Below are positions 58,277 to 64,000 of a DNA stretch of 64,000 nucleotides, piece by piece. Positions within the stretch are counted from its first letter, which is position 1; every line of letters begins with the position of its first letter. The notes beneath the pieces were generated by a model. The model was not told the DNA's origin, searched no databases, and saw only the letters and a program-made list of their open reading frames with translations. The position numbers and the translations under genes are program-made. Source of the stretch: an uncultured Actinomycetes bacterium (GTDB lineage: Bacteria > Actinomycetota > UBA4738 > JBBDTT01); assembly GCA_963742735.1 (NCBI GenBank), contig CAVUMN010000004.1, forward strand, positions 32,001 through 96,000, given 5' to 3'.

Positions 58277-58447
58277 ATGGCCAAGAGCGCGCCCTACCCG
58301 CTGGACGGGGCCACCGAGGAGGAGCGCGAGATCCTCGCGCAGGTGGCCGAGATCCTCAGGAAACTCCAGTTCGGCACGATCGTGCTCGTCGTGCAGGACG
58401 GCAAGGTCGTGCAGATCGAGATGGCGGAGAAGTTCCGGCTTCGTTGA
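58277..58447 (+). CDS. Small DUF2292/YezD/OscA-family protein (56 aa, not in ORF track)
   Basis: MAKSAPYPLDGATEEEREILAQVAEILRKLQFGTIVLVVQDGKVVQIEMAEKFRLR*, with the L.FG.I...VQDGKVVQIE..EK.R signature. Confidence 0.85.
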   Translation: MAKSAPYPLDGATEEEREILAQVAEILRKLQFGTIVLVVQDGKVVQIEMAEKFRLR

Positions 58448-58517
58448 GCGTGGGTTGGTTGACGGCGCCGGGATGAGTCCCCAGGGTTCGCGCCAGCAAG
58501 GCTGACCAGAGAACGGA

Positions 58518-58554
58518 GGCCGCGACACATTCGTGTCGCGGCCGTTTGCTTTTT
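58518..58554 (+). terminator. Intrinsic terminator/attenuator between the DUF2292 gene and crp
   Basis: 11-bp stem GGCCGCGACAC-ATTC-GTGTCGCGGCC followed by GTTTGCTTTTT. Confidence 0.8.
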
Positions 58555-58598
58555 CCGGGAGGGATTCGCAAGGTCCCGGGCGGCGTACGCTTTCGGGG

Positions 58599-59345
58599 AT
58601 GGCCACCGAGAGCGTGCCGAACGAGAACCCGATCACGAAGCTCCGCCGCGAGCAGGAGGTCGACGAGCGCGTCGAGCTGCTCGGGCAGGCGCCGCTGTTC
58701 TCGGTCCTGCGCGGCGAGGACATGCGCGATCTGGCCGACAAGTTCCACGTGGTCCGGTACCGCCGAGGCGAGGTGATCTTCCGCGAGGGCGAGCCGGCCG
58801 AGCGCCTGTTCGTCATCGCCGACGGGCGGGTGAAGCTGACGATCACCTCGCCCGCGGGGCAGGAGCTGATGATCGCGGTCCTGGGGCGGGGGCAGATCTT
58901 CGGCGAGCTCGCGATCGTCGACCGCGGCCTGCGCGAGATGGACGCGCGCGCCATGGAGGACGTCATGCTGTTCTCGCTGGCCAGCGACCAGTTCTGGATG
59001 ATCATCGAGGGCCGGCCCGCGCTCGCGCGGCGGCTGCTGGAGCTGATGGGCCGGCGTCTGCGCCGCGCCGACCAGGCCACGCAGGACCTGGTGTTCTTCG
59101 ACGCCCCGACGCGCCTCGCGCGCAAGCTGCTCGAGCTGGCCGAGGAGCACGGCGAGCCCGCCGACGGCGGCGGCGTGCGCATCGAGAGCCGCGTCACCCA
59201 GGAGGAGATCGCGCAGATGATCGGCGTGTCGCGGGAGAGCGCCAACCGGCTGATCTCCTCGTTCGCCGGCCGCGGCTGGATCGACTGGAACGACGGCAAC
59301 CCCATCGTCCTGAAGCCCGAACAGCTGATGCGCCGCGCCCGCTGA
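58599..59345 (+). CDS. CRP/FNR-family transcriptional regulator (cNMP-binding)
   Basis: IFREGE...LFVI..GRVK, IFGELA, RLARKLLELA, TQEEIAQMIGVSRESANR HTH. Confidence 0.93.
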   Translation: MATESVPNENPITKLRREQEVDERVELLGQAPLFSVLRGEDMRDLADKFHVVRYRRGEVIFREGEPAERLFVIADGRVKLTITSPAGQELMIAVLGRGQIFGELAIVDRGLREMDARAMEDVMLFSLASDQFWMIIEGRPALARRLLELMGRRLRRADQATQDLVFFDAPTRLARKLLELAEEHGEPADGGGVRIESRVTQEEIAQMIGVSRESANRLISSFAGRGWIDWNDGNPIVLKPEQLMRRAR

Positions 59346-59348
59346 CGG

Positions 59349-60584
59349 ATGGAGCGGATCGACGCCGTCGTCGTCGGTGCGGGACAGGCCGGCCTCGTCA
59401 CCAGCTACGAGCTCACGGCGCGGGGCATCGACCATGTGGTCCTGGAGCGAGGCCGGATCGGCGACTCCTGGGCGCGGCGGTGGGACTCGTTCACCCTGGT
59501 TTCGCCGGCGTGGTGGACGAACCTCCCGGGACGACCTCGCGACGAGGAGGGGACCGCAAAGGGTGAGGCCTTCTTGCCTCGCGACGAGATCGTCGCGATG
59601 TTCGAGGACTACGCGAGGGGCTTCGACGCTCCGATCCGGGAGGCCGTCGAGGTCCGGCGCCTGCGTCCCGTGGACGAGGGATTCGTCGTCGAAACCTCCG
59701 AAGGCGACCTCTCGGCCCGCGCCGCTGTCGTCGCCACCGGATCCTTCCGCCGCCCCTTCCGGCCGCCGGGATCCGAGGATCTCCCGGCTGGGCTTCCCCA
59801 GATCGACGCCGACCACTACCGGAACTCCGACGGCCTCCCTGACGGAAAGCTGCTGATCCTCGGCGGCGCCCAGACCGCCTGCCAGATCGCCGAGGACCTC
59901 GTCGCGGCCGGCCGCGAGGTAGTCGTTGCCACCGGGCGCGTCTTCTCGGGGCCGCGGCGTATCGGCGACCACGACCTGTTTTGGTGGATCGTGGAGACCG
60001 GATTCGCCGAGCAGCCTGTCGAGGCACTGGACTCACCCCTGGCCCGCCTGTTCGCGAATCCGATCGCCACCGGAAGAGACGGCGGGCACGACCTCAGCCT
60101 GTTCACGCTGCGCGAGGCGGGCGTTGAGATCCTGGGCCGGTTCGTCGGCGCGGACGGCTCGGCTGCGGCCTTCGCCGACGACGTCCCGGCGAGCCTCGCG
60201 TCGGGTGAGGAGTTCCTCATGAAGTTCCGCGGCATGATCGAGCGGACGGCGAATGAGAAGGGCATTCCACAGCCCGATCTGCCCCCTCCGGCGGTGTGGA
60301 CCACTCCGACCCGCACATCCCTGGACCTCACCGGGTTCGGAGCGGTCGTGCACGCCTCGGGGTTCCGGCCCGACTACGGGTCCTGGATCGAGGTCGCCGG
60401 CGGGTTCGACGAGCATGGCTTCCCCGTGCAGCGCGACGGGGCAAGCCTCGCCGCCGACGGTCTGTACTTCGTCGGCACGCACTTCCTTCGCAAGCGCAAG
60501 TCGTCGCTGCTGTGGGGCGTCGGAGAGGACGCCGCGATCGTGGCCGGCGCCCTCGCCACTCGGCTCGGCGCCGCCGCGCGGTAG
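59349..60584 (+). CDS. Flavin-dependent oxidoreductase/monooxygenase
   Basis: GAGQAG, RWDSFTLVSP.W, VATG, QIAEDL, S.LLWGVGEDA. Confidence 0.88.
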   Translation: MERIDAVVVGAGQAGLVTSYELTARGIDHVVLERGRIGDSWARRWDSFTLVSPAWWTNLPGRPRDEEGTAKGEAFLPRDEIVAMFEDYARGFDAPIREAVEVRRLRPVDEGFVVETSEGDLSARAAVVATGSFRRPFRPPGSEDLPAGLPQIDADHYRNSDGLPDGKLLILGGAQTACQIAEDLVAAGREVVVATGRVFSGPRRIGDHDLFWWIVETGFAEQPVEALDSPLARLFANPIATGRDGGHDLSLFTLREAGVEILGRFVGADGSAAAFADDVPASLASGEEFLMKFRGMIERTANEKGIPQPDLPPPAVWTTPTRTSLDLTGFGAVVHASGFRPDYGSWIEVAGGFDEHGFPVQRDGASLAADGLYFVGTHFLRKRKSSLLWGVGEDAAIVAGALATRLGAAAR

Positions 60585-60585
60585 G

Positions 60586-61371
60586 TCAAACCGCGGGTGC
60601 GCGAAGCAGGAACGAGATGACCCCTCCCTTGCCCTTCAATGCAACGCTCCCCCGCGGCTCGAGCTGGAATCCGTCGCCGAGGGCCTGCGCGACGACGTCC
60701 GACACGTGGATGCCGTTCGGCTCACTGGAGGACTCCAGCCGGCTCGCGACATTCACCGTGTCGCCCCAGACGTCGTAGACGAACTTGCGGGTCCCGATCA
60801 CGCCGGCCACCGCGGGACCCGAGTGGATGCCGATGCGGATTCGCCAGTCTCGGCCCGTGGACTCGTTCAGCCGTCCGACGGCCTCCACCATCCCCAGGGC
60901 CAGCTCGGCGATCGCCGTCACGTGATCCTCCCGGGTTCCGGGGAGCCCCGCCACCGCGAGGTACGCGTCGCCGATCGTCTTGATCTTCTCGACCTCGAAC
61001 CGCTCGCACAGCGAATCGAACTCGGAGAACAGCCGGTTGAGCTCTGTGACCAGCTCGTGGGGCTCGAGGTCCGAGGACAGCGCGGTGAATCCCACAAGGT
61101 CGCTGAACAACACCGTCACGGAGTCGAACCGGTCGGCGATGGTCTCCTCGCCCGCGCCGAGTCGGTCGATGATCGGCTGGGGCAGGATGTTGAGCAGCAG
61201 CGAGTGCGAGCGGGCCCGCTCCTCATCGAGCTCCTTCATCACACTCGACAGCAGCTTGGAGGTGGAGTCCTGCATCTCCTCCATCTGGCGCACGTTGGCG
61301 TCCAGCCGCGCGAGCCTTCGCGCGAGCGCGCGGTTCTCCTTCTGCAGGTCCTCGAGGGAGGGCTCGTCCAT
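60586..61371 (-). CDS. Class III adenylate cyclase with N-terminal coiled coil
   Basis: LLLNILP signalling helix, LFSDLVGFT, EKIKTIGDAY, YDVWGDTVNVASRLES. Confidence 0.92.
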   Translation of the reverse strand: MDEPSLEDLQKENRALARRLARLDANVRQMEEMQDSTSKLLSSVMKELDEERARSHSLLLNILPQPIIDRLGAGEETIADRFDSVTVLFSDLVGFTALSSDLEPHELVTELNRLFSEFDSLCERFEVEKIKTIGDAYLAVAGLPGTREDHVTAIAELALGMVEAVGRLNESTGRDWRIRIGIHSGPAVAGVIGTRKFVYDVWGDTVNVASRLESSSEPNGIHVSDVVAQALGDGFQLEPRGSVALKGKGGVISFLLRAPAV

Positions 61372-61382
61372 GCCGGCGGCCG

Positions 61383-62549
61383 CTACTCCGACCCGAGCAG
61401 CACCGCGACCATGGTCTCGTTGTGGAAGCGGGTGGGCGCCCCCGCATCGAGCGGCGCGATCTCCCCGAGGCAGTACGCGCCGGCGATCGGAAGGTCCCCG
61501 AACTCCGTCCGCGCGATCTCGAGCTCGCGGCCGGCGCGCGTGCCCAGCACCGCCTTTCGCACGGCGCACGCGAACAGCAGCGCGGCCCCGGGCGTGGACC
61601 CCTCCGGGAACGCCTTGATCGCTCGCCGGAACGCCGAATGCGTACCGTCGAAGATCGCCTCCGTCGCCGCCACGGCGAGCTGCACTCGCGCTCCCTCCTG
61701 CAGACCGCCGGGCACGCGCAGAACGCCGAGTGGGAGGTCCTCCGACAGGAGCGCGACGCGCAGGAAGAACCCCTCCCCGTCGCCCTCGTGCACCGCCAGG
61801 GGGGTCGCGGAGGAGGGCACGCCGCCCGCCCCCAGATAGCGCTCGTAGAAGGCGAGGGCGGATTCGCCGTCGATCTCGGACACGGTGTCGTGCGCCGACA
61901 TCGTGACCACACCGATCTTCCCCACCGGCTGCCAGCCGGCGTCCACGCCGAACGAGTGCACGAGCGGCCCCGAGAACAGCAGCACGGGGACGGCGTCCTC
62001 GAGTACCCGGCCGTTGAAGAACTCCTTGGCGCCGATGGCGGCGGGCGGTCCGAGCGTCCCCGAGATGGCCCCTCCGCCGATGATGCTCACCTCGTCGCCG
62101 AGCTCCGTCCGGAGGGCTTCCAGGATCTGCGGTGGCAACCCCGCGACCGAGGGTGTCGTGATGCACAGGACGGGCTCGAGGGCCGACCCCGAACGCGCCT
62201 CTTGGACCGCCGCACGAACGGCCGCCTCATGGTCCTGGCTCACGTTCGTCCCGAGGCCGGCACGGATGTCCACCGAGTCCGTCACGAAGAGCGCCAGGGC
62301 CACCGAGTCCTCCAGGTAGCCCATGCCCGAGGACATCTCGCCCATCGTCGAGGAGCCGATGAGCTGGATCCCGGGATAGGCGGTCGCCACGGCGGCGACG
62401 ACGATCTCCGGATCGGTTTCGTACGCGCAGAACAGGAGACCGGCCGACGGTGTTGCGCCGCCGAGGTCGACTTCGCACTGCGCGAGCACCGAGGCGGCGG
62501 CCTCTCCGGCGTCGACCTCGTTGCTGTGCCCGACCACCATCCGGAACAT
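61383..62549 (-). CDS. FIST N/C domain protein (NosP-like sensor)
   Basis: LIGSSTMGE, IIGGGA, GWQPVG, SEIDG..A, FACAVRK, GAYCLGEIAP, FHNET. Confidence 0.9.
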   Translation of the reverse strand: MFRMVVGHSNEVDAGEAAASVLAQCEVDLGGATPSAGLLFCAYETDPEIVVAAVATAYPGIQLIGSSTMGEMSSGMGYLEDSVALALFVTDSVDIRAGLGTNVSQDHEAAVRAAVQEARSGSALEPVLCITTPSVAGLPPQILEALRTELGDEVSIIGGGAISGTLGPPAAIGAKEFFNGRVLEDAVPVLLFSGPLVHSFGVDAGWQPVGKIGVVTMSAHDTVSEIDGESALAFYERYLGAGGVPSSATPLAVHEGDGEGFFLRVALLSEDLPLGVLRVPGGLQEGARVQLAVAATEAIFDGTHSAFRRAIKAFPEGSTPGAALLFACAVRKAVLGTRAGRELEIARTEFGDLPIAGAYCLGEIAPLDAGAPTRFHNETMVAVLLGSE

Positions 62550-62573
62550 TGCCCCGAGCCTACCGCGGCTCCA

Positions 62574-62589
62574 TGTGCGGTAGGTCACA
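62574..62589. promoter_or_regulatory. CRP-type binding site
   Basis: TGTGC-GGTAGG-TCACA, 9/10 match to TGTGA-N6-TCACA, in the divergent intergenic region between the FIST and halogenase genes. Confidence 0.7.
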
Positions 62590-62725
62590 CCCCCAGAGTG
62601 CGGACGTTCACGGGGCGTTCGTGAGCGTGACCGGGCGGCGGGCCGCGCTCGTCGCGATACCCTTCTGCCCGATCCGGTGGTCCTCGCCTCGGGCCACCAC
62701 GTCCGCCCTCACGACAGGAGCCTCG

Positions 62726-64000
62726 ATGACCGACGAGACCACCGAACCCCAGCTCGACGCCGACGTGATCGTGATCGGCGGCGGCCCCGCCGGCGCCACC
62801 ATCTCCGGCTACCTGGGCCGCGCCGGCTACAAGGTGATCACGCTCGAGCGCGACATCCACCCGCGCGAGCACGTCGGCGAGTCGCTGGTCCCGGCCACGA
62901 ACATCGTCACCCACGACCTGGGCTTCTGGCCGAAGATGGAGCAGATGGGCTGGGTCGTGAAGCCCGGTGCCTCCTGGACCGGATTCAAGGGCGGCGTCGG
63001 CTCGGAGTTCGTCGTGACGTTCGCCGAGGTCCCGCAGGACATCCCGAACCCCGACTACACGTACCACGTCGACCGCGCCGTCTTCGACGCGATGTTCCTG
63101 AAGCACGCCCAGGAGCTCGGCGCGAACGTGGTCGAGGGGGCGTACGTGAACAAGGTGCTGTTCGAGGGGGACCGTGCGGTCGGCGTTCTGGCCACCGTCG
63201 CCGGCAAGAAGATCGAGCTGCGCTCCAAGTTCGTGGTCGACGCGAGTGGCCGCCGCACGGTCATCGGCAAGCAGCTGAACCTGCGCGAGAAGGACCCGCA
63301 GTTCAACCAGTTCGCCATCTACTCCTGGTTCAAGGGCGTGAAGGCTCCGACGGAGAAGACGAAGGACTACATCCACGTGCACTTCCTGCCCATCGAGCGC
63401 GGCTGGGTGTGGCACATCCCGATCTACGAGGACGCGACGAGTGTCGGCGTGGTCGTGGAGAAGAAGGAGTTCCAGAAGTCCGGCAAGACCCACGAGGAGT
63501 TCTTCAACGAGGTCGTGCAGCTCTCGAAGAACACCGTCCACGCCCTGGAGGGCGCCGAGCGGATCAGGCCGTTCTGGATCGAGGCCGACTACTCCTACAA
63601 GATCGAGAAGTTCACCGGGCCCGGCTGGATGCTCGTCGGCGACGCGGCGCGGTTCGTCGACCCGATCTTCTCCTCCGGCGTTTCGGTGGCCATGCGCTCG
63701 AGCCAGTTCGCGTTCGCCGCGATCGAGGCCGTTCTGAAGGGCGAGCGGACCGAGGACGACGCCCTCGGCGAGTACGACGAGACGATCCAGCGCGGAACCC
63801 AGATCTGGTACGAGTGGATCACGCTGTACTACAAGATGCAGTCGCTGTTCACGCGGTTCTCCGCGAAGAAGGAATACAAGAAGGACATCCAGCAGCTGCT
63901 CCAGGGCGAGGTCTTCGACAAGGGCGCGATCAAGGTCATCGACCGGATGAAGGCCGCCGTCAAGGCGATCGAGGAGACCGAGGGTCACCTGATGCAGCAG
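62726..64000 (+). CDS. Flavin-dependent halogenase (runs off window edge)
   Basis: Not in the ORF track. AGGAG RBS, ATG at 62726; GGGPAG, PREHVGES, VVKPGA (catalytic Lys position), WVWHIP, GDAARFVDPIFSSGV. Confidence 0.85.
   Translation, partial: MTDETTEPQLDADVIVIGGGPAGATISGYLGRAGYKVITLERDIHPREHVGESLVPATNIVTHDLGFWPKMEQMGWVVKPGASWTGFKGGVGSEFVVTFAEVPQDIPNPDYTYHVDRAVFDAMFLKHAQELGANVVEGAYVNKVLFEGDRAVGVLATVAGKKIELRSKFVVDASGRRTVIGKQLNLREKDPQFNQFAIYSWFKGVKAPTEKTKDYIHVHFLPIERGWVWHIPIYEDATSVGVVVEKKEFQKSGKTHEEFFNEVVQLSKNTVHALEGAERIRPFWIEADYSYKIEKFTGPGWMLVGDAARFVDPIFSSGVSVAMRSSQFAFAAIEAVLKGERTEDDALGEYDETIQRGTQIWYEWITLYYKMQSLFTRFSAKKEYKKDIQQLLQGEVFDKGAIKVIDRMKAAVKAIEETEGHLMQQ

Noticed and set aside
58448-58554. 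Known riboswitch (SAM-I/IV, TPP, cobalamin) upstream of crp
   Set aside because: I could not find the core consensus of any of these; kept as an unknown leader instead.

Overview
High-GC actinobacterial DNA that looks like two joined pieces meeting at about 22,998, where one gene lacks its N-terminus and another stops right after its signal peptide. The left piece (1-22,997) holds a form II-like coxSLM molybdo-hydroxylase cluster, a cell-envelope glycosylation cluster, a large AAA/TPR adenylate cyclase and a LytR_C protein, with four single-base frameshifts. It also holds a 320-bp intergenic element made of two inverted copies of a hairpin motif whose arms are identical while the central stem differs in sequence but still pairs. 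The right piece (22,998-64,000) holds metabolic genes, including a ThDP enzyme plus SSADH resembling the 2-oxoglutarate decarboxylase shunt, two LipJ-like hydrolase-cyclase fusions and a half-cyclase mini-ORF. It also has a 3.7-kb integrase-less islet at tRNA-Ala(CGC) bounded by a 15-bp direct repeat, a translin-family gene in the galU-moeA-tRNA-Ala locus, and a DUF2292/OscA small gene followed by a terminator-containing leader. It ends with a candidate signalling circuit: FIST/NosP sensor, adenylate cyclase, CRP, a CRP box and a flavin-dependent halogenase. Family assignments come from motif recognition only; no database searches were run.
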